Source: Octopus bimaculoides (Eukaryota). Taken from it: a stretch of DNA of 35,928 nt. This document shows positions 23,791-35,900 of the stretch, one piece after another. The notes below the pieces were generated by a model. The model was not told the DNA's origin. It searched no databases and was given only the letters and a program-made list of their open reading frames with translations. A program made the position numbers and the translations under genes. The number at the start of each line of letters is the position of its first letter. The first letter of the stretch is position 1. The stretch covers positions 164,833,020 through 164,868,947 of the forward strand of contig NC_068983.1 of assembly GCF_001194135.2 (NCBI RefSeq), given 5' to 3'.

Positions 23791-24721
23791 TCCACAACGT
23801 GTCACTTTTAGGTCACTTCACCATTTAACATCCTACTACTATCATACCTCTCTTGCATTCTTTTATTATTCTTTCTCTCTTTCTCCTCCTTCTTCGTCTT
23901 TTTCTTCCTCTCCGCCACCTCCTTCCTTACTTTACCACTATTGCTGTTTAGAATAACACCTATGCAAATATTATAAACAATACATTCAAAAGAGATGTCT
24001 CAAGAATTCAATCACTACTACCTTCCACAACAGGTCACTTTCAGAGCACTTGACCATTTAACACCCTACNNNNNNNNNNNNNNNNNNNNNNNNNNNNNNN
24101 NNNNNNNNNNNNNNNNNNNNNNNNNNNNNNNNNNNNNNNNNNNNNNNNNNNNNNNNNNNNNNNNNNNNNNNNNNNNNNNNNNNNNNNNNNNNNNNNNNNN
24201 NNNNNNNNNNNNNNNNNNNNNNNNNNNNNNNNNNNNNNNNNNNNNNNNNNNNNNNNNNNNNNNNNNNNNNNNNNNNNNNNNNNNNNNNNNNNNNNNNNNN
24301 NNNNNNNNNNNNNTTCTTCTTCTTCTTCTTCTTCTTCTCTGCCAAGAATTCACCTCGGACGACCTCGAACCCACAAGAGTAAACAAGAGAGACAGACAGG
24401 CAGAAACAGGGAAAATGCCCCTTGTATTTGAATACTATGCAAATATACTTTAAAAAAATATTTCATTTTTCCAAAATTTAATTGTCTTCCATACTTACGG
24501 CTGAAAAAGTCTCAATAACTGAAACCGGTACTGAAATGTCTTTTATAGAATTATTTGAGAGGAATTCTTTGGGGTTTGAATAATTTACCTCTGGAAACAT
24601 GGGTATTTCGTTCATCATCCTTAAACAAATTTTATTCAGGGACCTTTTAACCGAGATGGGCTACTTGGAATTTAAACATTCCGAGCCCTGTGTCAAATCA
24701 ATATTACCGATGCTAAAACTT

Positions 24722-24935
24722 GTGAAGTGGCTGAGTCGTTCCCGCGCCCGGGCAAAATGCTTAGCGGCATTTCGACAGTCTTTGTGTTCCGAGTTCAAAT
24801 TTAACTGGGGTCGACTTTATCTTTCATTCCTTTCGGGATTGATAAAGTAAGTACCAGTTGGACACTGGGGTTGATGCAATCGACTTACCGACCTACCTGA
24901 ACTTACTGGCTTGCTGCCATATTTTCAAACCAATA
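24722..24935 (+). mobile_element. tRNA-derived SINE, second family
   Basis: A-box-like AGTGGCTGAGTCGTT and B-box-like GAGTTCAAATT. The body GTCGACTTT.CTTTCAT...TAAGTACCAGTTG aligns with 23240-23370. Confidence 0.75.
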
Positions 24936-25669
24936 TTGTTGTGACAGAAGCGATTTCAATTGTTCTTTTCAGAGATATAAGCACGACAAACAAAATGTTA
25001 GAATGTTTTCATACACAAAGAAATTAGAACCAAAGCATTAATAGAGAATGCAAAAGAGACCCGTTCAGTCAATTAGGAAAAACTTTATCAATTATCTCAT
25101 TAGTCAGCTGAAACAATTAACTCGCAACATGTCCGACTACGTTGCCAGACAATGACGTAATATCAATTGAGAAAATGTTAATTCATAGAAAGTAATATTT
25201 CATGAAAAATAACACCAAGGTTACGGGAAAATCAGCATCGACTTTTATCGACAGGTATCGATACATCGATCAAATGACTGACAAACGCAAGTGACGAAGA
25301 ATACAATTCCATAGATTCAAACAGAATATCTTATTGTGTTGGAAAGAGATTTAATAGAAAATTATTGTCGATATTCTGTGGGGAAAAAACTGGTAACAAA
25401 TATGCTCTTTGTTGTTCTTGTTTCTTAATATTTTCGGTATTGTTGTTGATAGAATGGGGTTGGGTGGGGGTGTAACAAAGGAATTTGAGAGAGAAGGTGG
25501 CAACGGTGATGATGGTCATTCCTATACAGGTATTTCTGCTAAAGAAGACATAACTATTGCTGAAGAAAATAAAACCACTTCAAAATGCATACATCCACGA
25601 GGGGCGCTGTGAACTGACTTGACGTGTTTACATCTATTTGTCCAAGGCTAGAAATTTCCTCCACTTCAA

Positions 25670-25932
25670 AATATTGTGTTTTAATCGGTGTAGAGAATGG
25701 AAACAAACAAGCGCTTTTAAAAAGAAAGAAAGGTTCTTATGTAAACAAGATGGCGTGAGTCGGAAAAGATATAGTCTCCGTGTTGTACACGGAGAATAAT
25801 GAAACACACACGCACACACATACACATACGTGTGTGCGCGTGTGTCTGTCTATTTGCTGGCGAGTGCTTGTATAAATATATATATATGTATAAAAAATAC
25901 AAAGCGGCGTACGTACACTTTGGTCACTATTA

Positions 25933-25973
<41 letters not shown>
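25670..25973 (+). repeat. ~300-bp near-identical direct duplication, copy 1
   Basis: Matches 28621-28920 with only a few substitutions. After the gap, 26630-26674 again matches 28935-28977. Confidence 0.9.
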
Positions 25974-26550
25974 NNNNNNNNNNNNNNNNNNNNNNNNNNN
26001 NNNNNNNNNNNNNNNNNNNNNNNNNNNNNNNNNNNNNNNNNNNNNNNNNNNNNNNNNNNNNNNNNNNNNNNNNNNNNNNNNNNNNNNNNNNNNNNNNNNN
26101 NNNNNNNNNNNNNNNNNNNNNNNNNNNNNNNNNNNNNNNNNNNNNNNNNNNNNNNNNNNNNNNNNNNNNNNNNNNNNNNNNNNNNNNNNNNNNNNNNNNN
26201 NNNNNNNNNNNNNNNNNNNNNNNNNNNNNNNNNNNNNNNNNNNNNNNNNNNNNNNNNNNNNNNNNNNNNNNNNNNNNNNNNNNNNNNNNNNNNNNNNNNN
26301 NNNNNNNNNNNNNNNNNNNNNNNNNNNNNNNNNNNNNNNNNNNNNNNNNNNNNNNNNNNNNNNNNNNNNNNNNNNNNNNNNNNNNNNNNNNNNNNNNNNN
26401 NNNNNNNNNNNNNNNNNNNNNNNNNNNNNNNNNNNNNNNNNNNNNNNNNNNNNNNNNNNNNNNNNNNNNNNNNNNNNNNNNNNNNNNNNNNNNNNNNNNN
26501 NNNNNNNNNNNNNNNNNNNNNNNNNNNNNNNNNNNNNNNNNNNNTATATA

Positions 26551-26618
26551 AAGGCGGTGCTCCAGCATGGCTGCAGTCAAATGACTGAAACAAGTAAAAG
26601 AGTAAAAGAGTAAAAGAG
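26551..26618 (+). mobile_element. SINE 3' tail ending in (GTAAAAGA)3
   Basis: AAGGCGGTGCTCCAGCATGGCTGCAGTCAAATGACTGAAACAAGTAAAAG is homologous to 1451-1549 and to the reverse complement of 9857-9910. The 5' part is lost in the N gap. Confidence 0.7.
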
Positions 26619-26842
26619 ATATATATACAGAGAGAGAGAGAGACAAAAAGACATTGCATGTAAGGATACCTACATAATGGCGTCTTAATGCTGCTGTTTG
26701 TTTTTATTGTTTTATGTTTTAGTTGCTATTATGATTTGGACCAATGCACTTCTTGAAACGTGTCTCAAAATTAGTGACTCTTAGAGTGTTTCCTTCTTAT
26801 TTATTTATTTATTTATTTATTTATTTGCAGCACTCGGTGAAA

Positions 26843-27268
26843 GCGCGTAGCTTAGTGGTTATAGTGTTGCACCACAATCGCCAGATCGTGGTTTCGATTC
26901 CAGGACGGATGGCATGTTATGCTCTTGAGCAAAAACACTTCATTCCACGTTGCTCTAGTACTGTATAGGGATCGGCATGTCTAAAGAATAGACTCAGCGT
27001 TTCTTCTGTGTGTCATAAAAGGCGACTATAAGAGACTGAAGTAGGATTTGCAGCCCGGCCTCGTAAAACCCTCTGCAGCAACGTCTACCCAAACAGACCC
27101 ATGATTTTAAAGTGATATACGCCAGGGGCAGGGAACCACCACCAAATGATCAATGCAGCGAAGTACTGTTACAGCGCATGCCCTCATACTACTACTACTA
27201 TTACTACAACTACTACCACCACCACCACTACTACGACCACGACTACTACTGCTGCTGCTGCTTCTACT
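26843..27268 (+). mobile_element. tRNA-derived SINE with a different 3' body and a trinucleotide-repeat tail
   Basis: A box TAGCTTAGTGGTT, B box GGTTTCGATTCC (26890-26901), and a GAGCAAAAACACTTCATTCCACGTTGCTC domain like the 4095 copy. The body runs into an (ACT)n/(ACC)n/(GCT)n tail. Treating head and body as one element is inferred. Confidence 0.6.
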
Positions 27269-28384
27269 ACTCTGTACAATGTTTAGACATTTCTTCATAC
27301 TCGCACATAACAAATTCAATACAAGATGCAATATACGGCAGAAAAAACTCCCATTATAGCACCTGGGAAGAGAGGCAGGTGGGAAGAGTGTCTTCATGCA
27401 GATAATAATTCATTGTTTTATATTTTAGTTACCATTCCGGTTCGGATTGGTGCACATCATGTGTTTGCTGTTATCAAGAATAGTGACGGAAGGGGTGGGG
27501 TGCGAACTCTGAATAATGTTAAGACATCTCTTCATATACACCTATACAAATATGCATGATGCGGTAGAAAAACCTCCCAAGTTATTGGTATGGCACTAAT
27601 GAAATTAAGCAAGTTTTAATGGCGGCTTTGTGTAGATAATGCGTTATCGCCTTTTTCACTTAGTAAGGTGGTTTAGACAGGCGCACACCATACTTTTTTT
27701 TTTGCTGAAGTGCTTATCAAGAATAGTGAATCTGAGAATTTATGGTCACATTCTGTTGAAGGAAGGAAGCGGCCATTTTGGTTACTACACAGAGCAACCC
27801 AAACCCACGCTACACTACTGCCTCGTCTGCTCCAAAGAGTCAGATTTCCATTAATAACTTTTCGGAACAAGGTGACAAAAGTAATGTTCGGTTCCAATGC
27901 ATTAGACCAAAATACAATACAACGTCCGTAACGTGAAACGAAACATTGATTCTTCAACCAGTAATGCGATTTTTTGTTCTTCTTTTCGTCTTATCGATCA
28001 GCTTCAACTCGTTTACACATTCTCTGGACAAACATAGACTCTCGTCGATTCTCATTCAAATCTCATGCGTAGTTTGCTGCTTACTGTTATCTACTTTGCC
28101 GTCTCATTTTATCTGAGTGACAAATCATACTTAAGTCGACTTTGATTCTCAACAATGACACGATTAAATCATAAATACCAGTAAGAACACCGGTTCAAAC
28201 ACCATGTCTTGTGTTTTGCATTAAGATTCTCCCTCTTTGACATAGTAAGTACATGACGGGGTGAGAGAAGGGAATAGTGACAATCAAGAGAGATGGAATT
28301 CTCTTTTTTGAGTTGAAGATATTTCTGAGAGATCAGTGATTGTTTGGTATTTTCAATCATCGGAACCAAACCAAAAACAAAAGA

Positions 28385-28422
28385 AACCCTAACCCTAACC
28401 CTAACCCTAACCCTAACCCTAA
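28385..28422 (-). repeat. Interstitial telomere-type tract (TTAGGG)6
   Basis: Six perfect AACCCT units plus AA on the + strand. Confidence 0.95.
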
Positions 28423-28620
28423 AACAGTGGAGAGCTGTCAGAATGATTAAGTTTAAAGATAAACCTATTAAGATTATCTGACTCAAAATGATGATAAAAG
28501 ACTGCAGGAAGCTGTGAAATCTGAGCAGCTGATATATATATATATATTTCAAAGTTGTTCGTTCCATCATGGGATTATTTATCTAGACACCTCATACAGT
28601 GTCACTAGACGACAGCTATC

Positions 28621-28883
28621 AATATTGTGTTTTAATCGGTGTAGAGAATGGAAACAAACAAGCGCTTTTAAAAAGAAAGAAAGGTTCTTATGTAAACAAG
28701 ATGGCGTGAGTCGGAAAAGATATAGTCTCCGTGTTGTACACGGAGAATAATGAAACACACACGCACACACATACACATACGTGTGTGCGCGTGTGTCTGT
28801 CTATTTGCTGGGAAGTGTTTGTATAAATATATATATATGTATAAAAAATACAAAGCGACGTACGTACACTTTGGTCACTATTA

Positions 28884-28929
<46 letters not shown>

Positions 28930-28977
28930 CACACAGAGAGAGAGACAAAAAGACATTGCATATAAGGATACCTACAT
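28621..28977 (+). repeat. ~300-bp near-identical direct duplication, copy 2
   Basis: AATATTGTGTTTTAATCGGTGTAGAG...GGTCACTATTAAATATAT, as in copy 1. Confidence 0.9.
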
Positions 28978-29099
28978 ATCCTCATACATCATAAATACAT
29001 GCATGCCCACCCAACCGCACATACACACACANNNNNNNNNNNNNNNNNNNNNNNNNNNNNNNNNNNNNNNNNNNNNNNNNNNNNNNNNNNNNNNNNNNN

Positions 29100-29152
<53 letters not shown>

Positions 29153-29244
29153 TATATACACACAGAGAGAGAGACAAAAAGACATTGCATATAAGGATAC
29201 CTACATATCCTCATACATCATAAATACATGCATGCCCACCCAAC

Positions 29245-29333
<89 letters not shown>

Positions 29334-29646
29334 ACACACACACGTACATATGTATATGCAAAGGTATACATTCACTTATATGAACAAACGAAAGAAAGAG
29401 AAAAACGTTGGCTGTATTCACACAGATATAGTATTACTCCGGCATACACATAACTATTTACACGCCGGGGCAATGTTCATTAACTGCACCAAACAATCAG
29501 GAACGTAACGTGACCCTTCTCTATATAAGGACAATACAGAAAGGCAACTCAACGAATAATAATCACACACACACACACACAATCACACACACATATATAT
29601 ACATAAACACACGCGTGCGGTGTATATATACGTGTGTGTGTATGTG

Positions 29647-29698
<52 letters not shown>

Positions 29699-30495
29699 NN
29701 NNNNNNNNNNNNNNNNNNNNNNNNNNNNNNNNNNNNNNNNNNNNNNNNNNNNNNNNNNNNNNNNNNNNNNNNNNNNNNNNNNNNNNNNNNNNNNNNNNNN
29801 NNNNNNNNNNNNNNNNNNNNNNNNNNNNNNNNNNNNNNNNNNNNNNNNNNNNNNNNNNNNNNNNNNNNNNNNNNNNNNNNNNNNNNNNNNNNNNNNNNNN
29901 NNNNNNNNNNNNNNNNNNNNNNNNNNNNNNNNNNNNNNNNNNNNNNNNNNNNNNNNNNNNNNNNNNNNNNNNNNNNNNNNNNNNNNNNNNNNNNNNNNNN
30001 NNNNNNNNNNNNNNNNNNNNNNNNNNNNNNNNNNNNNNNNNNNNNNNNNNNNNNNNNNNNNNNNNNNNNNNNNNNNNNNNNNNNNNNNNNNNNNNNNNNN
30101 NNNNNNNNNNNNNNNNNNNNNNNNNNNNNNNNNNNNNNNNNNNNNNNNNNNNNNNNNNNNNNNNNNNNNNNNNNNNNNNNNNNNNNNNNNNNNNNNNNNN
30201 NNNNNNNNNNNNNNNNNNNNNNNNNNNNNNNNNNNNNNNNNNNNNNNNNNNNNNNNNNNNNNNNNNNNNNNNNNNNNNNNNNNNNNNNNNNNNNNNNNNN
30301 NNNNNNNNNNNNNNNNNNNNNNNNNNNNNNNNNNNNNNNNNNNNNNNNNNNNNNNNNNNNNNNNNNNNNNNNNNNNNNNNNNNNNNNNNNNNNNNNNNNN
30401 NNNNNNNNNNNNNNNNNNNNNNNNNNNNNNNNNNNNNNNNNNNNNNNNNNNNNNNNNNNNNNNNNNNNNNNNNNNNNNNNNNNNNNNNNNNNNNN

Positions 30496-30582
<87 letters not shown>

Positions 30583-31821
30583 TGCATGTATGTATGTACG
30601 TATATGTAGAGTAGTCAACCAAACTTAGTTTTCGCATTGGAACTCTGTTAAACTTTCTGTCATTCAGATTGCATTCACTTTACTATTAGATGTTAACACA
30701 TGAACAGTATAGATGCAGGCACATATAAACACATGAACTCCTCAACCAGAGAACCATACGCAATGAACATACATTTGAACAAAATATCTGTAGAAATGTT
30801 TGTAGGGAAAGAAGAGGGTCAAGTGGAAGGGAATTAGAAAATAAAAATGCTAAAGAAAATAAGAATTCGGATATAAACTGAACGATCCAAGGAGAAACGT
30901 AAAAATTGCATATATAAATAAGTATGGAAAAACAGCCAGTTATTTTATGCAAAATTCTCGTTACTTGAGATATTTCTGGAAAAAAATGCTGCTGTTGTTA
31001 TTGTTGTCAACAATAATCTAGCTGGAAATATTCGAAATGATATGGATGTTGTACGAAATGAATTTTTTTTAAAAAGCCTCTTTAGACTATTTCATTGGTA
31101 ACTTTGCTTTTTCTATTGATTTCGAGTTTTGTAGCATCTGCAGCGTGCATTTAATGAGTCGCTATTTTCAATCTTATATCCGATCAGCTTCTCGTCTATT
31201 ACTACGATGTATCACCACATTCACCGTACACCATCATTCTCTCTCCACCATTTATACTCACTGCCTGCTGTTCCCACACCACCGTGCTTGTCTCTCGTTT
31301 AGGATAGCAGCAGGAAGCAGTTCTCCTAGTCAGTATGTAATATGAATCTGTCAAATGACAAGCCAACATGGCGACTGAGACAAATCTAAACTGTGCTTCT
31401 TTCAAACTGTCGGCGGCCCAATACTTCAATTGCGATGCGAAATATGATCAACTTTTTGTTAAGAATTCTCTAGTGTTGGTTTCCATCGATACCTGTCTTC
31501 TAGGCTCAGTCTTCTGTGTAGCTGGTGCTAAAAGTCGGTTTCGCTATAATTGTGCATTTACTTTTCCAACAGAAAATTATATATTTGTCAGAGAATGTCA
31601 CAGAATATAATATCTCAGCTGTATCGATTGCAAATGCGACACCAGGGAAACGTATTTGTTTGTTACTGTTTTTTCTTTCTTTCTGGTTTAACATTATTCT
31701 GTTATTGAATCAGTTGTATTATCTCGCTTTCTCATTCCTTCTCTATTTATGTTACTCTCTTGCATAGAAACACAGATGATTGATTGTATTTCATATACTT
31801 CTATAACACCTCACTTCTTCC

Positions 31822-31876
<55 letters not shown>

Positions 31877-32077
31877 CTTATATCTGCTTTATATACACAC
31901 ACACACACANNNNNNNNNNNNNNNNNNNNNNNNNNNNNNNNNNNNNNNNNNNNNNNNNNNNNNNNNNNNNNNNNNNNNNNNNNNNNNNNNNNNNNNNNNN
32001 NNNNNNNNNNNNNNNNNNNNNNNNNNNNNNNNNNNNNNNNNNNNNNNNNNNNNNNNNNNNNNNNNNNNNNNNNNNNN

Positions 32078-32117
<40 letters not shown>

Positions 32118-33159
32118 TGTGTGGACATTTAAAAATATACAAACTACATTGTATATGGGTTGGACTTTCAAACGAACGTCTATTGATATTGATATTAAAA
32201 GTGAAAGTAGTAAAAATATTGGTAAGAAGAATATATGATCGCATATGTCAATATACAATATATATGTATATGCGTGTGTGTAAATATATATAAAACAATG
32301 TACACTATCTTTCAGGTGGGTTTATAGGAGAATATGTATACAGGGATAGCGACTAACTCTTTTTGTCTCTAACTGTTTCAAAATACGGCTCATTTCAATG
32401 CAGAATGGAGCCAGTTGTTACGTCGCGATAGACAGGGGGCTAATTTAAATCCTTCACATAAAGAAAGAAACAGTTGATTAGAACCAAAATGATCGACCTT
32501 CATCACTTTATCACTTTATTATCTCTAAATACTTAATTTTATTCTCCATTTTATTCTTCATTCTGTTTATTATTTTCTTCCTTATAATCTGGCCATTAAA
32601 GTAAAATAGTGAATCATAGTCAAACTGACTGTTTTTTTCGTGTTTATTTCTTTATTTTGAATATAAATATATTTTGTCTATCATTATATCTATGGCTTTA
32701 ATTTTTGTCTGTAAACTGCTGAAAATGATATATCACTTTGGGTATGCATTCTAACACTGACTGAAGTGACGGTAAGATCAAACAAAGTATGTATTTAAAC
32801 AATCACCTGAGGAGACGCATTTTACACCTTGGAGGTATGATAATGATTACACAAAATTTCACTACCTGTATTAGTGTAAAAATGTGTCGAAGGATTTTAA
32901 ATAAAGGATGTCGTACATTCCATTTCCTATCATTTATCTATATCATCTACACCTCTCAGTTTATCTATGCATCTATGTATGTATTTACCTATACTTATAT
33001 ATATATACATGTGTGTGTGTGCGTGCATGTGTGTGTGCGTGCATGTGTGCGTGTTTGTGTCTGTGTGTATGCAAACACACACGTATATATATATATATAT
33101 AATATATATATACATATACATATAGACATATATATATGTATATGTATATATATATTTAT

Positions 33160-33190
<31 letters not shown>

Positions 33191-34104
33191 TGCATATAAC
33201 GCCTATGCGCCTATGTGTGTGTGTAGTGTGTATAGGTAAAGGAAGCTGCTTGATATCAAACCTTTCACAGCGGTGTCACGATTGTTTTTAATTTTCAATG
33301 TTTTTTTTCATCTTTCCTTATCATTCTTAATGATAATAATTATAGAACAACAACATAACGAATTCCATTAGTTCCACTAGCTTTCCGAGTATCGACTAAA
33401 AGAAAAGATGAAAGTGACATGTTTTATTGGTGCGTTTATTGATTTATTCATTGTAAACTAATGCATTGTGGGATTGATGTAAATAATTTAATCCTGAGCT
33501 CTGCATTTAACACTTTAAATCCTGCATTCAAAGTTTCTTCAACATCCAGCATTTATTCTCACTTCATTCCTAAGATAGTATATCCAGATGCACGTTCTTT
33601 TGTATTTTGCTATTACTGCTTTCTTCTTCCTGTGTAGGACCAACGAATGTGCTTCTGCTTTCGGTCGCTGTAACATTTCCGTGTGATAACTAGAGGCAGC
33701 TGCTAACCTGCTTTTCAATGCCCAGTCTACCATCTCGTGAATAGTTTGGCCTGTCTCCTGAAATTCAATCTCGCAACCGATCGTCTGCTCCTGGTAAGCC
33801 CAAAACGGGGAAAATCACGTGATCTGGTAGTTCCGGTGGCTGTGGAAGACAACTCTCTTCTGTCAATGATATGAATACGAGTGCTTTTATGCACCACTAC
33901 TCTATATGAGAGGTTTTCTCAAGGTAAATAAAGTAGTATACCGTACTCTAACACAACATCAATGTTAAGTTGGATATAAAGATTGCTTTTCGACATTAAT
34001 ACCGCTTCCGTTGCAATTAATTGTTATTTATAAATTGAACGTAAAACCATTCATTCATTCATTCACGTGTAGAAATCTGTGTTAAGGGGTTTTCTTCGTC
34101 AATG

Positions 34105-34195
34105 GATATAGCGAATTACAACGGACAGGATTCGAAACACGAATCCTTCGACGTTGTTCCTGGTCATCTAATAATTCGGTCAGCAAGTCTACAAG
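34105..34195 (-). mobile_element. Possible decayed tRNA-like SINE head
   Basis: The minus strand has B-box-like GTTTCGAATCC preceded by an A-box-like segment. No body is recognised. Confidence 0.3.
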
Positions 34196-34454
34196 ATAAG
34201 GCAGACCATCAGAAGAACGATTTAGAAATTGGAAACCAAAACCAAAAAAATAAAAATAGAGCGAAAAAGTAAAGGAATTCCTTTATTGTCAGATTTGTCT
34301 GACCCTTGTCAATGACAAAGTGAGCTTCAAGTTTGTGCAATGTATTCAACAACTGGAAATCCGTTGACTAAAACCAATTTCATGGAAGGGTTAACAAAGA
34401 AGAAAAATTTAATATTTGATTATTAGTTAAAATAATAAAGGTAATAATTACGAC

Positions 34455-35131
34455 TGTGACGATGATGAGGACGATGATGATGATGAAGATGATTAGGAAG
34501 AGGAGGATCATAATAATTATTGTTTTAGTAATTAGCATGATAGCGAGGATGGTGAATTTTAATGATTATATAATGATAGCAAAGTCGGTTGACAATTAAA
34601 ACAGCGTTGAGTTGAAGGCGACTCTGACGATACTGATGATGATGATGATGATGATGATGACGATGATGACGACGACGAGGATGATTATGATAAGGAGGAT
34701 GAGGATGAGAATGAAAACAAACAACACATTAACAACAACAAAATCAGAAATTCCAACAAAACCATAATAATAACACATTTTGAAAAAAATGATAATAATA
34801 TAAAATTTTCGCTATAATGATTTCCTTTTGCTTTTTTTTTCCATTTCAATAAATACTTTAATAAAATGCCAAGATTTTTCGAATTACAATTCTTGATGTT
34901 GTTATTGTCAGTGTCGTTGTTATTGCTATTATTATTATTATTATTATTATTATTGTTCTTGTTATCAATATTAGTTTTGTTGTTAACGTTGTTGTTATTG
35001 TTGTTAATATTATTACTATTATTATTGTTATTATTATTATTATCATTATTATTACTACTATTATTAATATTATTGTTGTTGTTGTTATCAATATTGGTTT
35101 TGTTGTTATCGTTGTTGTGTTGTTGTTGTTG

Positions 35132-35205
<74 letters not shown>

Positions 35206-35574
35206 TCCCAAAGAACTTCATAATTATTCCTCATAGCTGATTTAGTTCTAAATTGAAGAGTGAGAAATAAAGTAAAATAAAATTAAATCTGATAAAATTA
35301 ATCAATTTCAGATATTGTTTTGTGTTTCTTTTATTTGTTTTGATTTCTGTTTGTTTTGCTCTTGTTAGTTTTTTTATATGTTTTTTTTTTAATAATATTG
35401 TGTCTCCGTATTAACATCACCAAATGTTGTTGTGGCTATTTTAAAAAAAAGTATGGTAGATTATTGATTGAAACACTTGACGATGTACCACACATGTTCT
35501 ATGCACTGGTTACTACCACTACAACGACTGCTGCTGCTACAGCCACCGATAATAATAACAACAACAACAACAAC

Positions 35575-35609
<35 letters not shown>

Positions 35610-35687
35610 TAATAATAATAGGAATAATAAAATAATGATGATGTTGATGATGAAAATAATAATAAAAATAATGATGATGATGATGAA

Positions 35688-35750
<63 letters not shown>
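34455..35750. repeat. Cluster of trinucleotide low-complexity tracts: (GAT)n, (AAC)n, (ATT/GTT)n, (AAT)n
   Basis: Seen directly; source of the poly-L/I/N/Y ORFs. Confidence 0.95.
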
Positions 35751-35751
<1 letters not shown>

Positions 35752-35900
35752 GGACCTATATACACTGGAAGCTATGCCAACACTATGGAATAACAACAGA
35801 AAAAAGATGGTATAAACACACGCCAGAAAAGGTCACAGAAAACGAGAAAGCAACCATACTCTGGGATATGCCAATACACACAGATAGAGAAATTAAGGCA
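35751..35900 (+). mobile_element. 5'-truncated R4/Dong-clade non-LTR retrotransposon fragment (region between the zinc knuckle and the restriction-like endonuclease)
   Basis: Open frame GTYIHWKLCQHYGITTEKRWYKHTPEKVTENEKATILWDMPIHTDREIKA matches the IHW.LC..Y...WY.H.P..V.EN...ILWD..I.TDR.I.A motif that precedes the RPD motif in R4/Dong elements. It begins immediately after a long (AAT)n tract. Confidence 0.85.

Larger units (their letters stand above)
9430..32077. other. Assembly gaps: 9430-9762, 10337-11106, 11763-12051, 15673-15857, 17549-17785, 23615-23624, 24070-24313, 25974-26544, 29032-29099, 29699-30495, 31910-32077
   Basis: N runs, most of them bordered by microsatellites. Confidence 1.

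Noticed and set aside
26843-26905. tRNA gene
   Set aside because: A and B boxes are present, but I could not fold a full cloverleaf and the sequence continues into a SINE domain.
28931-29260. ~100-bp exact tandem duplication around gap 29032-29099
   Set aside because: Identical copies flank a gap within microsatellites; most likely an assembly artefact.
9330-32293. Long ORFs (140-468 aa) in the ORF track
   Set aside because: They run through N gaps and di- or tetranucleotide repeats (poly-CV, HT, YI) and are artefacts.
33539-33815. ~90-codon open frame on the minus strand
   Set aside because: No recognisable family and no convincing splice boundaries.
34596-35796. Poly-L/I/N/Y ORFs resembling membrane or prion-like proteins
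   Set aside because: Translations of trinucleotide microsatellites, open in several frames on both strands.
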